A program made the position numbers and the translations under genes. Below the pieces are notes generated by a model. The model searched no databases, was not told where the DNA came from, and saw only the letters and a program-made list of their open reading frames with translations. Below, in pieces: positions 10,124 through 19,693 of a DNA stretch of 64,000 nucleotides; position 1 is the first letter of the stretch; every line of letters begins with the position of its first letter. The DNA is from Vulcanimicrobiota bacterium (GTDB lineage: Bacteria; Vulcanimicrobiota; Xenobia; Xenobiales; JADMJV01): NCBI GenBank assembly GCA_050250895.1, contig JBFWNU010000001.1, positions 2,724,891-2,788,890 of the forward strand, in the 5' to 3' direction.

Positions 10124-11407
10124 ATGAGTAGAGAAGGTGAGCAGCTGGCCGAGCTTCTGACGACCTTTATCACCAAGCCCGGCAGCCGTCGCGAGATTCT
10201 CGCTGAAGTCACGCCCACCCAGCGCCAGGCTCTGCTCGAGGAGTTGCTGGCGCATCACGACGTGATGGTGGCCGAGGGGCAGCGCGGGGCAGCCCACGAA
10301 TTGCTCTATCTGGGCAGCCGGGTGGCTGGTGACGACCCCGAACTCTTTTACCGGCTCGAGCGCAAACGCATTGGCTGGCTCGACTCTCAGGGCCTGGGTG
10401 GCAAGGCCATCGAGGCCATGCGAAGCCTATTCAAGACCTATCAGCGCAGCAAGACCAAGGCCTTGCGCGGAGCCGAACTGGCCATGGAGCTGGGCATCCT
10501 GCTCGACCGGAGCGGCAGCAAGGAAGAAGCGCTCAAGCTGTTTCGCAGCGCCATCGACCGCTACACCCGCATGGATCACGCCTACAACAAAGCGGCCGCC
10601 TGGTTCAACGTGGCCTCGGTGTTGTACGACCTGGGCCGCATTCAGGCTTCCATCAAAGCCTGTCGGCGCTCACTCAAAGAAGGAGGCTCCGGCCACCTTG
10701 ACCTGGAGACGCACGTCAGCTTGCAGTTGGCGAACTCGTACGAGTCCGACGGCAACGAAGACAGGGCCGAAGAGTTTTATCGTTGCGCGGCCGACGGCTA
10801 TGGCCGGCTGGGCAACCGCCGTCAAGAGAGCAACATCCTCTACCGCCTGGGGTGGATGGCCGTCAAGGAAGAGCGATTCGAAGAAGCCAACCTGTTTCTC
10901 GAGCGGGCCCTCGAGCTAAAGCGCGAGCACGACTACGGCACTGGTCTGGCTTATTACCACTTCCACCTGGCGCTGGGTTACCGCTCGGCCGGCCTGTCCG
11001 AATCGGCCAGCAAGCACTTTCGCCACGCCCTGGCCCTGGCCTCGGCCGTGGGCAATAGCAGCCTCTCCAAGCGAGCCCGCTTCGGTCTCTATCGCCTGGC
11101 TCAGGGCGATGGACGACCGCTCACCGAGTATCTGCGGGCCAAAGCCCCAGGCGGGGGACGTGAGGCCCTGCAGCGAGGCAAGAACGGTCTCTACAGCGAT
11201 CAGGCTCGCGACGGCTACCGCACCAACGTGTGGCGCGAGACGCCTGAGGCTCCCATCCGTGACCGAACCTTCCTGGCGCGCCTGCTCGAAGACCTGTCCA
11301 AGGTCTGGCACAGCACCGGTGTCAAAGGACACGAGAAATTGCGCCGGCAGGGCCGAGCGGTGCTGGCCTGGCAAGCGCGCGTCAAGGGCGGACGCAACCT
11401 CCACTAG
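10124..11407 (+). CDS. Tetratricopeptide-repeat protein
   Basis: 427 aa with successive ~40-aa helical TPR-like repeats (ELGILL..EEAL.LF..A; NVASVLYDLG; RLGWMA..EEA..FLERAL). Confidence 0.75.
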   Translation: MSREGEQLAELLTTFITKPGSRREILAEVTPTQRQALLEELLAHHDVMVAEGQRGAAHELLYLGSRVAGDDPELFYRLERKRIGWLDSQGLGGKAIEAMRSLFKTYQRSKTKALRGAELAMELGILLDRSGSKEEALKLFRSAIDRYTRMDHAYNKAAAWFNVASVLYDLGRIQASIKACRRSLKEGGSGHLDLETHVSLQLANSYESDGNEDRAEEFYRCAADGYGRLGNRRQESNILYRLGWMAVKEERFEEANLFLERALELKREHDYGTGLAYYHFHLALGYRSAGLSESASKHFRHALALASAVGNSSLSKRARFGLYRLAQGDGRPLTEYLRAKAPGGGREALQRGKNGLYSDQARDGYRTNVWRETPEAPIRDRTFLARLLEDLSKVWHSTGVKGHEKLRRQGRAVLAWQARVKGGRNLH

Positions 11408-11443
11408 GCAGGGCTCGCGCCGTTCTCTCGCCAAAGCCCCCGC

Positions 11444-12115
11444 ATGAAAAAGCTATTCTTTCTCTTACCCCTTCTGCTCGTTTCTCTCAACGCCCTGGCC
11501 GAGGTGCGGGCAGTGCCGTTGCTGGCTCTACGCAGTCAGTGGGCGGGTTTCGAGAACACCATCTGGATGGAGCAACGGGCTCGCATCGGAGGCGAGCCGG
11601 TGACCGGCTACATCCAGGGCGTGGGTGGCCGCGACGACGCCATCATGGGCTTTGCCCTGGAGCAGGACTGGGACCTGCTCGAGGCCACCATCGGCTATCT
11701 CGATGGCACCCCCGAGGGCAAGAGCTGCATTTTCGAGGTGGAGGGCAACGGCCAGGTCCTCTACACCTCGGGCACCATCCAGAGCGGTCAGCCCCCCGAG
11801 GTCATTCGCGTACCGCTGCTCAAAGCGCGCCGGCTGATTTTGCGGATCCACTCCGACAAATACAACCAGACGGCCGGGGCAGCCTGGGGAGCGCCCACTG
11901 TTTCCACCGGCGTCAAATTGGACGATCTCAAAACCGAGATGACCATCGACATCAACGGCAAACGAACCCGCGTCAACCCCCCCGGGGGCAATCCGCCCGC
12001 CGAACTCAACGTGCCTATTCCGCTCAAAGCAGGCCCTCACACCTATCGCGTCCAGGTCAACTATGACAAAGAAGGTCGCAAGGTCAATGTTGTCACAGCG
12101 GAGCTAGAAGACTGA
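11444..12115 (+). CDS. Secreted protein with NPCBM/NEW2-like carbohydrate-binding domain
   Basis: Signal peptide MKKLFFLLPLLLVSLNALA; ATIGYLD..FEVEGNGQVLYTS..VPL..ARRLIL..AAWG pattern. Confidence 0.65.
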   Translation: MKKLFFLLPLLLVSLNALAEVRAVPLLALRSQWAGFENTIWMEQRARIGGEPVTGYIQGVGGRDDAIMGFALEQDWDLLEATIGYLDGTPEGKSCIFEVEGNGQVLYTSGTIQSGQPPEVIRVPLLKARRLILRIHSDKYNQTAGAAWGAPTVSTGVKLDDLKTEMTIDINGKRTRVNPPGGNPPAELNVPIPLKAGPHTYRVQVNYDKEGRKVNVVTAELED

Positions 12116-12969
12116 GCGAGATTCGTGTCGAGTTATCGGCCGTCATCCTGGCGGTAGCCGACAACCAGCCCAGGGTCCTGACCGTCGGCGAGGCTGCCCT
12201 GCCTACCGGACCTCTGCTGGCTGCCCAGGATCGGACCCTGGACCTGGCCCTGCGACGCCTGGTCAGCGAGCAGCTTGAGCGCGAGATGGGCTATGTCGAG
12301 CAACTCTACACCTTCGGCGACCTGTCACGCGACCCGCAGGTCCAAGGTCGCCTGCTGTCGGTAGCCTATCTGGCCCTGGCCCGCGAAGAGGACCACCCGG
12401 GCTCGCGTTCGGTCTATCAGTTCTTCCCATGGGAGGATTGGCGCCACGGTACGCCTTCCTGCCTTTCTGCTTTGACTGAGGCTTTGCGGCACTGGGCCGG
12501 CGCCCACCCCGAGCGCCTCACCCGCATTCGAATCTGCTTTGGCCTCGACGGTGCTCCATACAACGGCGAGCGCGTGCTCGAGCGTTTCGAGTTGCTGTAT
12601 GAGGTCGGCCTGGTAGAGGAGTCGTCAGGCCTGGCGGGCCTGGGCCAGCCCATGGCCCTCGACCACCGGCGCATCCTGGCCACCGCCCTGACCCGGCTGC
12701 GCGGCAAGATTCGCTACCGTCCGGTGGTCTTCGAGCTGCTCCCCCAGAAATTCACCTTGCTGCGCCTCCAACGCACGGTGGAAGCGCTGGCTGGCGTCAC
12801 CCTCCACAAGCAAAACTTCCGACGCCTGGTCGAGCATCAGGGCCTGGTGGAAGGAACGGGCCAGGTGGCCCAACAGCAACGCGGCCGCCCCGCCGAGCTT
12901 TTCTGCTTTCGCAGCGACGTCCTCACGGAACGCCCTGCCCCCGGCGTCGGCCTGCCCACCCGCGGTTAG
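12112..12969 (+). CDS. nadQ: NadQ/NrtR-type Nudix-like NAD transcriptional regulator; probable CTG start
   Basis: GYVEQLYTFGD, FPWEDWR, ERVLERFELLYE, DHRRILATAL.RLRGKIRYRPVVFEL, LHKQNFRR; lies upstream of nadABC; frame is open back to CTG 12112 with GGAG upstream. Confidence 0.8.
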   Translation: MSEIRVELSAVILAVADNQPRVLTVGEAALPTGPLLAAQDRTLDLALRRLVSEQLEREMGYVEQLYTFGDLSRDPQVQGRLLSVAYLALAREEDHPGSRSVYQFFPWEDWRHGTPSCLSALTEALRHWAGAHPERLTRIRICFGLDGAPYNGERVLERFELLYEVGLVEESSGLAGLGQPMALDHRRILATALTRLRGKIRYRPVVFELLPQKFTLLRLQRTVEALAGVTLHKQNFRRLVEHQGLVEGTGQVAQQQRGRPAELFCFRSDVLTERPAPGVGLPTRG

Positions 12970-13355
12970 CGGCGGGCCTTTGGCCGCTGAGATGGGAGCG
13001 GCGGGCCCGAGAGGGGAGCAGCGGCTGCGCCGCTGAGGGGGGAGCAGCGGGCCTTTGGCCCGAGAGGGGAGCAGCGGCTGCGCCGCTGAGATGGGAGCCG
13101 GCCTGCGGCCGGAGATGGGAGCGCTATCTCGCTTAGGCTCGATAGCGAGGTGGGAGCAGCGGCTGCGCCGCTGAGGGGGGAGCCGGCCTTCGGCCGGAGA
13201 TGGGAGCAGCGGGCCTTTGGCCCGAGATGGAAGCAGCGGCTGCGCCGCTGAGGGGGGAGCCGGCCTTCGGCCGGAGATGGGAGCGCTATCTCGCTTAGGC
13301 TCGATAGCGAGGTGGGAGCAGCGGGTGCGCCACTGAGGGGAGCCGGCCTTCGGCG
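12970..13355. repeat. Mosaic GC-rich palindromic (REP-like) repeats
   Basis: Recurrent CAGCGGCTGCGCCGCTG and GGCCTTCGGCC hairpins joined by GGGAGC linkers; a ~55-bp block occurs twice about 162 bp apart. Confidence 0.8.
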
Positions 13356-13446
13356 GCTCGGCGTTGCTCGGCCTGCCTACACTGCCGAAGGATTGCGACG
13401 CGAAGCGTCGAGTAACTCCAATCTCGAGCCGTAGCGCAGCGAAGGC

Positions 13447-13747
13447 TCGCTCCTCTCTCCGCGCAGCGGCTCCCCTCTCGATGACGCAGTCATCGCTCCT
13501 TTCTCCGCGCAGCGGCTCCCCTCTCGATGACGAAGTCATCGCTCCTCTCTCCGCGCAGCGGCTCCCCTCTCGATGACGCAGTCATCGCTCCTCTCTCCGC
13601 GCAGCGGCTCCCCTCTCGATGACGCAGTCATCGCTCCTCTCTCCGCGCAGCGGCTCCCTTCTCGCGAAGCGCTCCCTTCTCGCGAAGCGCTCCCTTCTCG
13701 CGAAGCGCTCCCTTCTCGCGAAGCGCTCCTCTCCGCGCAGCGGCTCC
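13447..13747. repeat. 46-bp tandem repeat (x4 plus partial) followed by 18-bp tandem repeat (x4)
   Basis: Unit TCGCTCCTCTCTCCGCGCAGCGGCTCCCCTCTCGATGACGCAGTCA at 13447, 13493, 13539, 13585; then GCTCCCTTCTCGCGAAGC x4. Confidence 0.95.
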
Positions 13748-13776
13748 TTGACAATCTTTGTGCTCAGGTGTAGTAT
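13748..13776 (+). promoter_or_regulatory. Sigma70 promoter of nadABC
   Basis: TTGACA-N17-TAGTAT; AGGAGG ribosome-binding site at 13811. Confidence 0.8.
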
Positions 13777-13789
13777 TATTGGTGAATAA

Positions 13790-13806
13790 ATACTCAATTT
13801 GAGTAT
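13790..13806. promoter_or_regulatory. Palindromic operator, probable NadQ box
   Basis: Perfect ATACTCAA-T-TTGAGTAT between promoter and RBS; a degenerate second copy at 13758-13778 overlaps the -10. Confidence 0.8.
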
Positions 13807-13825
13807 AAATAGGAGGCAAAAAACG

Positions 13826-14800
13826 ATGGCCACTGCCGTGTATGATAAGGTGAAGCACCTGATTCCCGAGTTCGAATGGCGGTTGCATCAGCCACTGATC
13901 GAGCGCATCCAGCAGCTCAAGCAGCAGCGCAACGCCGTGTTGCTGGCCCATAATTACCAGACTCCCGAGATCTATCACGGTGTGGCCGACTACACCGGCG
14001 ACTCGTTGGGTCTGGCTCAAGAAGCTGCGCGCTGCCAGGCCGACGTGATTGTCTTCTGCGGAGTCCACTTTATGGCCGAGACGGCCAAGCTGCTTAATCC
14101 TGAGAAGACCGTGCTGATTCCCGACCCCCGAGCGGGCTGCTCGCTGGCCGAGTCGATCACGGCCGAGGATGTTCGTCGGCTCAAGGCCCGGTATCCGGGC
14201 GTGCCGGTGGTCTGCTATGTGAACACCTCGGCGGCCGTCAAGGCCGAGTGCGATGTGAGTTGCACCTCGTCTAACGCCGTAACCGTGGTAGAGTCGCTAA
14301 AGGCCCCGCGGGTCATCTTCCTGCCCGACCGCTATCTGGCTGCTTATGTGGCCAGTCAGACCAGCGTCGAGATCATCCCCTGGGAAGGCAGTTGCATGGT
14401 CCATGAGCAGTTTACCCCCGAGCAGGTCCAGGCCTATCGTGACCAGTTTCCGGGGGTGCACATCCTGGCCCATCCCGAATGCCCGCCCGACGTGTTGGCG
14501 GCCGCCGACCAGGTTGGGTCGACGGCCGGGATGGTCAACTATGTGCGCACCCACCGCCCGCCCCGAGTGGCTTTGATTACCGAATGTTCGATGAGTGACA
14601 ACGTGGCGGCCGAGTTCCCCGAACTCGAGTTCGTCAGGCCCTGCACGATGTGCCCGCACATGAAAAAGATCACTCTCGCCAAGATCGTGCGCTCTCTCGA
14701 AGAGATGACCTTCGAGGTGACCGTGCCCGAGAATGTGGCCGCTCGGGCCCGGAAGAATGTCGAGCGAATGCTGGCCATCGGTCGCGGCGAGGGCCGCTAA
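13826..14800 (+). CDS. nadA: Quinolinate synthase
   Basis: LAHNYQ, GDSLGL, FCGVHFMAETAK, AGCSLA, YVNTSA, AHPEC, CPHMK. Confidence 0.97.
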   Translation: MATAVYDKVKHLIPEFEWRLHQPLIERIQQLKQQRNAVLLAHNYQTPEIYHGVADYTGDSLGLAQEAARCQADVIVFCGVHFMAETAKLLNPEKTVLIPDPRAGCSLAESITAEDVRRLKARYPGVPVVCYVNTSAAVKAECDVSCTSSNAVTVVESLKAPRVIFLPDRYLAAYVASQTSVEIIPWEGSCMVHEQFTPEQVQAYRDQFPGVHILAHPECPPDVLAAADQVGSTAGMVNYVRTHRPPRVALITECSMSDNVAAEFPELEFVRPCTMCPHMKKITLAKIVRSLEEMTFEVTVPENVAARARKNVERMLAIGRGEGR

Positions 14801-14810
14801 AGGAGGCGTC

Positions 14811-16274
14811 ATGCGTATCCAGGATAGCGATGTGGTCATTGTTGGCGGCGGGCTGGCCGGTTTGGCCGCGGCTCTTCGTCTGGGCCCCGGGGTGACGGTA
14901 CTCACTCGGGGCGCGTTTGCCCACGACGGTTCGAGCAATCTAGCTCAAGGCGGCGTGGCCGTGGCCCTGGGTCAGGGCGACGACCCGGGTTCTCACGCTC
15001 TGGACACCCTGGCGGTGGGGGGCGGGCTCAACAACCACGAGGCCGTACGTCTGCTGACCGAAGAAGGCCCCTCGCGGGTGCTCGAGTTGCTGGCTTGTGG
15101 CGTGGCTTTCGACCGCCAACCCGACGGCAGTTTGGCTCTTGGGCGCGAGGCCGCCCATAGCCATCGTCGCATCGTTCACGCCGGCGACGGCACCGGGGCC
15201 GAGCTGATGCGAGTTCTGGCCCACCACGTTGGTCGAGGCCCGGCTCGTGTCGAAGAGTACGCCACCGCCTTGCAGGTGGTCGAGCACGAGGGTCGTGTTG
15301 CCGGGGTGGTGGCCCGCCAACGGGGCCAACTGGTGTTTTACCGGGCTCCGGCCGTGGTGCTGGCGACCGGGGGCCTGGGCGGGCTCTATCGTTACACCAC
15401 CAACCCGCTCGGTTCGGTGGGAGACGGCCTGGTGATGGCCCTCGAGGCCGGGGCGCGCTTGACCGACCTCGAGTTCGTTCAGTTTCATCCCACCGCCCTG
15501 GTGGCCGCCAACGATCCCTTGCCGCTCTTGACTGAAGCCCTGCGCGGCGATGGGGCGAAGTTGGTGGACGAGACCGGAAAGCCTTTCTGTGACCCCCTCC
15601 AGGCGCGCGATGTGGTGGCCCGGGCGATTTGGTTTCACCGCGAGGCCGGCCACCCCGTCTTTCTTGACCTGCGACCCGTGCCCGACCTGCGGCGCTTTCC
15701 CGGGGCCGTGGCTCGCTGCCGAGCCGAGGGTTTCGACCCCTATACCGAGCCCGTGCCGGTAACCCCGGCCGCTCATTATCACATGGGAGGCATCGCTGTG
15801 GACGCCCACGGTCGTTCCAGTCTCGCGGGACTTTGGGCCTGCGGCGAGGTGGCCGCCACCGGCGTCCACGGCGCCAACCGGCTGGCCAGCAACTCGCTGC
15901 TCGAGGCTCTGGTCTTCGGGCACCGGGTGGCTGAAGACATTCTGGCCGCCGACCTGGTAGCCCCCCGGCGACTGCAGCCGCGTCTGCGACCTCGATGGGA
16001 GCTTGAAGCCCATCAGTTCGAGGCTCTGCGCCGACGCATGTGGTCCCACGTCGGATTGGTGCGAAGCCAGGCCGGGCTGGAAGAGACTCTGGACTGGTTG
16101 GCGGCTCTGCCGCCAGCCGGTCCGGTCAAGCTGGCCCAATTGATGACCCGGGCCGCCCTGGCTCGCGGCGAAAGTCGCGGAGCCCACTATCGCAGCGACT
16201 ATCCCGAGACCAAACCCGGATGGCGACGCCATCTCGACTTCGAACTCGAGGCGGCCGAAAGGATGGCATCATGA
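14811..16274 (+). CDS. nadB: L-aspartate oxidase
   Basis: GGGLAG, AQGGVA, EAAHSHRRIVH, QFHPT, TEALRG, HYHMGG, HGANRLASNSLLE, ESRGAHYR; AGGAGG before ATG 14811. Confidence 0.95.
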   Translation: MRIQDSDVVIVGGGLAGLAAALRLGPGVTVLTRGAFAHDGSSNLAQGGVAVALGQGDDPGSHALDTLAVGGGLNNHEAVRLLTEEGPSRVLELLACGVAFDRQPDGSLALGREAAHSHRRIVHAGDGTGAELMRVLAHHVGRGPARVEEYATALQVVEHEGRVAGVVARQRGQLVFYRAPAVVLATGGLGGLYRYTTNPLGSVGDGLVMALEAGARLTDLEFVQFHPTALVAANDPLPLLTEALRGDGAKLVDETGKPFCDPLQARDVVARAIWFHREAGHPVFLDLRPVPDLRRFPGAVARCRAEGFDPYTEPVPVTPAAHYHMGGIAVDAHGRSSLAGLWACGEVAATGVHGANRLASNSLLEALVFGHRVAEDILAADLVAPRRLQPRLRPRWELEAHQFEALRRRMWSHVGLVRSQAGLEETLDWLAALPPAGPVKLAQLMTRAALARGESRGAHYRSDYPETKPGWRRHLDFELEAAERMAS

Positions 16275-17188
16275 TCTGGCAACTTCAATGGGAATCGATG
16301 GTCAAGACCGCTCTTCTCGAGGACCTTGGCGGCATGGGCGATGTCACCACCGAGGCCATCGTGCCGGTGTCCCACTGCAGCCGGGCCACGATCGTGGCCC
16401 GCCAGGCGGGCGTGATGGCGGGCTCGGCAGTGGTGGTCGAGGTCTTCCGCCAACTCGACCCCGAGTTGCGCGTCGAGGTCAAGGTGGGCGATGGCCAGAG
16501 CTTCACCACCGGCCAAACTCTGATCGCGCTGCGCGGCTCTTCGCGAGCCATTCTGGTAGGCGAGCGCACCGCCCTGAACTTTCTGGCCCGAGCCTGCGCC
16601 ATCGCCAGCCAGACCCGGCAGGTCGTAGAAGCCATCGCGGCTACCGGCGCTCGGGTGGTGGCCACGCGCAAGACCACCCCGGGCTTGCGCCTGCTCGAGA
16701 AGCACGCCGTCGAGATGGGCGGAGGCCTGCCCCACCGTTTCGGTCTGGATGACGCCATCTTGATCAAGGACAATCACGTGGCCGTGGCCGGTGGAGTAGC
16801 CGAGGCGCTCAAAAGGGCTCGCCGCCGGGCTGGCCATATGCTGAAAGTCGAGGTGGAGGTCGATACCCTCGAGCAGTTGGCCGAGGTCCTGCCGCTGGGC
16901 CCGGATGTGGTCTTGCTCGACAATATGCCGCCGGCCACGCTACGACGCGCGGTCGAGATGGTGGCTAGACGCTGCCCCACCGAAGCCTCGGGGGGGATCA
17001 CGCTAGAGACCGCTCGCCAGGTGGCCGAAAGCGGCGTAGATTATCTGTCTCTGGGCAGCCTGACCCATTCGGTGAACGCCTGCGACCTCTCCATGGAGTT
17101 CTCGACAAACACCGATGGTAGTGCTATTCTGGCTGACGAGCATGTTGGAAGCCTACGGTTGGAACAGCCAGTTCCAACAAGCCTTTGA
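16271..17188 (+). CDS. nadC: Nicotinate-nucleotide pyrophosphorylase (carboxylating)
   Basis: GDVTT, ERTALN, TRKTTPGLR, HRFGLDDAILIKDNH, EVEV, LLDNM, EASGGI; ATGA overlap with nadB. Confidence 0.95.
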   Translation: MIWQLQWESMVKTALLEDLGGMGDVTTEAIVPVSHCSRATIVARQAGVMAGSAVVVEVFRQLDPELRVEVKVGDGQSFTTGQTLIALRGSSRAILVGERTALNFLARACAIASQTRQVVEAIAATGARVVATRKTTPGLRLLEKHAVEMGGGLPHRFGLDDAILIKDNHVAVAGGVAEALKRARRRAGHMLKVEVEVDTLEQLAEVLPLGPDVVLLDNMPPATLRRAVEMVARRCPTEASGGITLETARQVAESGVDYLSLGSLTHSVNACDLSMEFSTNTDGSAILADEHVGSLRLEQPVPTSL

Positions 17189-18188
17189 TGCACTCGAACA
17201 TCCTGACTGGCTGGCCGGCCGGGTGGTGGCTCAGAAAGACTACCACTATCAGATCATCACCCGCCAGGGTGAGGTGACGGCCCCGCCGGCCGGTGTTCTT
17301 TTTCACAAGAAAACCACCCTCGACCTGCCCGCCGTCGGCGATTGGGTGGCTGCCTGTCCGCGCGGCGACGACTATGTCATCGAAGAGTTGCTGCCACGCA
17401 CCAGCGTGTTCGTGCGCCAGTCGGCCGGCCGCACCAGTTCGGCCCAGGTCATCGCGGCCAATCTCGACCGGGTGCTGGTGGTGATGGGGCTCGACGGCGA
17501 TTTTAACGTGCGCCGGCTGGAGCGGTTTCTGGTCACCGTCATCGAAGGCGGCGGCCGCCCCGTGGTGTTGCTCACCAAAGCCGACTGTTGTCCCGAATTA
17601 GAAACCCGCCTGGCCGCAGCCGAGGCTTGCTCCCCGGGCTTGCCGGTGCTGGCCGTGAGTGCGGTCACCGGTCAGGGCCTCGAGGCGCTGGCCCCCTACC
17701 TCGAGCGAGGGCAGACGGTGGCCCTGGTTGGCTCGTCGGGAGTGGGCAAGTCCACTCTGCTCAACCGGCTGGCCGGGCGCGACATCGCCCCGACTCAGAC
17801 CGTGCGCGAGAACGACAGTCGGGGGCGCCACACCACGACCCACCGCGAGTTGTTTCTGTTGCCCGACGGAGCCATGGTGGTCGACACTCCCGGCCTGCGC
17901 GAATTGCAGTTGTGGGCCGGCACAGTAGGGCTCGAACTGGCCTTTGCCGACATCTGCGCCCTGGCCGAGCAGTGCCGTTTCGGCGACTGCGGGCATGAAC
18001 TCGAGCCCGCCTGCGCAGTGCGAGCCGCCATCGAAGACGGCAGCCTCGACCCTGACCGTTTGGAAAGCTATCGCGACCTTTGCGACGAGGTCGAGCGCAG
18101 CGAACGCCAGAAGGCCGTGCGCGAGCAAGCCCGTGATCGCCGGCGCAAGAACCGCCGCGACCAGCGCGGCCGCCGCTTCGAAAACTAG
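17142..18188 (+). CDS. rsgA: Ribosome small subunit-dependent GTPase A
   Basis: VGDWV, AANLD, TKAD, GSSGVGKS, GRHTTT, DTPG, CRFGDCGH..EPAC zinc finger. Confidence 0.95.
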   Translation: MLEAYGWNSQFQQAFDALEHPDWLAGRVVAQKDYHYQIITRQGEVTAPPAGVLFHKKTTLDLPAVGDWVAACPRGDDYVIEELLPRTSVFVRQSAGRTSSAQVIAANLDRVLVVMGLDGDFNVRRLERFLVTVIEGGGRPVVLLTKADCCPELETRLAAAEACSPGLPVLAVSAVTGQGLEALAPYLERGQTVALVGSSGVGKSTLLNRLAGRDIAPTQTVRENDSRGRHTTTHRELFLLPDGAMVVDTPGLRELQLWAGTVGLELAFADICALAEQCRFGDCGHELEPACAVRAAIEDGSLDPDRLESYRDLCDEVERSERQKAVREQARDRRRKNRRDQRGRRFEN

Positions 18189-18239
18189 CTGTCAGCGGAT
18201 GTCATGCTCGACCCCCTATACCAGGGTATAGTGGTCAGC

Positions 18240-18941
18240 ATGAAAAAGATCGCCACCCTCTTGCTTGTAGCCCTAATCGTTACCGGTCCGACTCTCGCCC
18301 AGGATAAGAAGAAGAGGGGCGCGACCGCCACCAGTAACTCCAAGGTCTTGGTGACGCCGAGTTTCATGCCCAGGGGTGCCTCAAGCACGATGACCTCGTT
18401 TTCGAGCGCTCCCAGCGGTGCTTCCAAAGTGTTGCAGGGGCCCTCCAGCGTCTTGAGCGCCCCCCGCCTGGCTCCGGTCTCGACGGCCTACGGCCTGGCC
18501 CCGGTTCCGGGTGGCGCATCCAAAGTCTTCACCACCGGCTCCAGCAGTCTGGTCAGTAATTCGAAAGTCGTTCTCACTGGCTCGAGCGCCGGTGTCACCC
18601 CCTCGAAGGTGTTCGTCACTCCCCGCGAGGCCGTTCCCAATCGCGAGCAAGACCCGGTCAACTTCCAGTCTCCCGCCCAGGCCCGTCACACCCAGCAGCG
18701 CTACCAGCGTAACTACTACCGTATCCCGCTGATTCAGGCCCCGGCCATCCCCTCCGTGGCCACTCCGGTCGACAACCAGCACCGCAACTATGTCAACTCG
18801 AAGGACTTCGACTGGGAGCTTCTCTACAACCCGCAGACGATGCATAGCAGGAAAGCCAGAGAATACCGTCAGAGGCATCCCTTTCTAAGGCCTCCGGGCA
18901 CCGATGGCGCCCAACTTGGTCGCCTGGTCTCGGACATCTAG
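18240..18941 (+). CDS. Secreted low-complexity hypothetical protein
   Basis: Signal peptide MKKIATLLLVALIVTGPTLA; Ser/Pro-rich with recurring SKV motif. Confidence 0.6.
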   Translation: MKKIATLLLVALIVTGPTLAQDKKKRGATATSNSKVLVTPSFMPRGASSTMTSFSSAPSGASKVLQGPSSVLSAPRLAPVSTAYGLAPVPGGASKVFTTGSSSLVSNSKVVLTGSSAGVTPSKVFVTPREAVPNREQDPVNFQSPAQARHTQQRYQRNYYRIPLIQAPAIPSVATPVDNQHRNYVNSKDFDWELLYNPQTMHSRKAREYRQRHPFLRPPGTDGAQLGRLVSDI

Positions 18942-18943
18942 CG

Positions 18944-19693
18944 CTAGTGCCGCGGCGTGACGCGGATGGTCTGGGTGAACAGCGTCGGAGGGCTCGAGCC
19001 TTCGTCGCGCAAAATCTTGAGGGTCACCTGCACCAGGCGGGTGTTGCCGTTGGCCGGCTGGGTGCGTGGGTTTTCGGCGGTCAGGCTCTCGGTTCCATCC
19101 TCGCCCCCTTCGCGGCGCACGAACATCACTTCAAAGCCACCCCCGTCGCCGGTGTCGAACTTGCCGCCTTCACCCACCCCATCGATGGTCAGATTCGACA
19201 AGAGCACGTTTTCGAGCAAAGCGTGACTGTTGTCTTTTAGGGCTGACGGCAACATCGAGCTGAGTTGGGGCAGTTGCGGCAATTTGTCCTTGTCACTGAC
19301 GTCTTCTTGCCAGCGATAGAGCGTGCCCGTCTTGGCATTCGTTTTCTTGACCGTATAAAAAACGGTGCTGTCCCACTGGGGGGCTCCGTAGTCGTTGATC
19401 ACGAAATTGCGCTTGTCGTCATAAGCCCCGGCCATCGACAAGCCGGGAGCCTCGGTGGACGAAGTCTTGTTGGGATAGGCCGTGATGCTGGCCAGGGCGG
19501 TGGTTTGCAGGTCTTTGCGAATTACGTCGAGGGCCGAGCCGGTGCGGCCGCTCACCAGTGCATCGGCGTAGACCTGCTTCTGGGTGCGACTGCTGAGGAT
19601 ATAGACCGACCCGATGGTCACCATGGCCACCGCGAACAACCCGATGTAGATGACCATCTCGATGAGCGTGTAGCCCCGCCGATTTAACGCCAT
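18944..19693 (-). CDS. Prepilin-type (PilW-like) minor pilin
   Basis: RRG|YTLIEMVIYIGLF class III signal. Confidence 0.8.
   Translation of the reverse strand: MALNRRGYTLIEMVIYIGLFAVAMVTIGSVYILSSRTQKQVYADALVSGRTGSALDVIRKDLQTTALASITAYPNKTSSTEAPGLSMAGAYDDKRNFVINDYGAPQWDSTVFYTVKKTNAKTGTLYRWQEDVSDKDKLPQLPQLSSMLPSALKDNSHALLENVLLSNLTIDGVGEGGKFDTGDGGGFEVMFVRREGGEDGTESLTAENPRTQPANGNTRLVQVTLKILRDEGSSPPTLFTQTIRVTPRH

Noticed and set aside
12625-13539. 304-aa minus-strand ORF across the first repeat region
   Set aside because: Its peptide repeats simply mirror the DNA repeats, and it overlaps nadQ antisense
13447-13747. CRISPR array
   Set aside because: Units are directly tandem with no unique spacers, and there are no cas genes in the window
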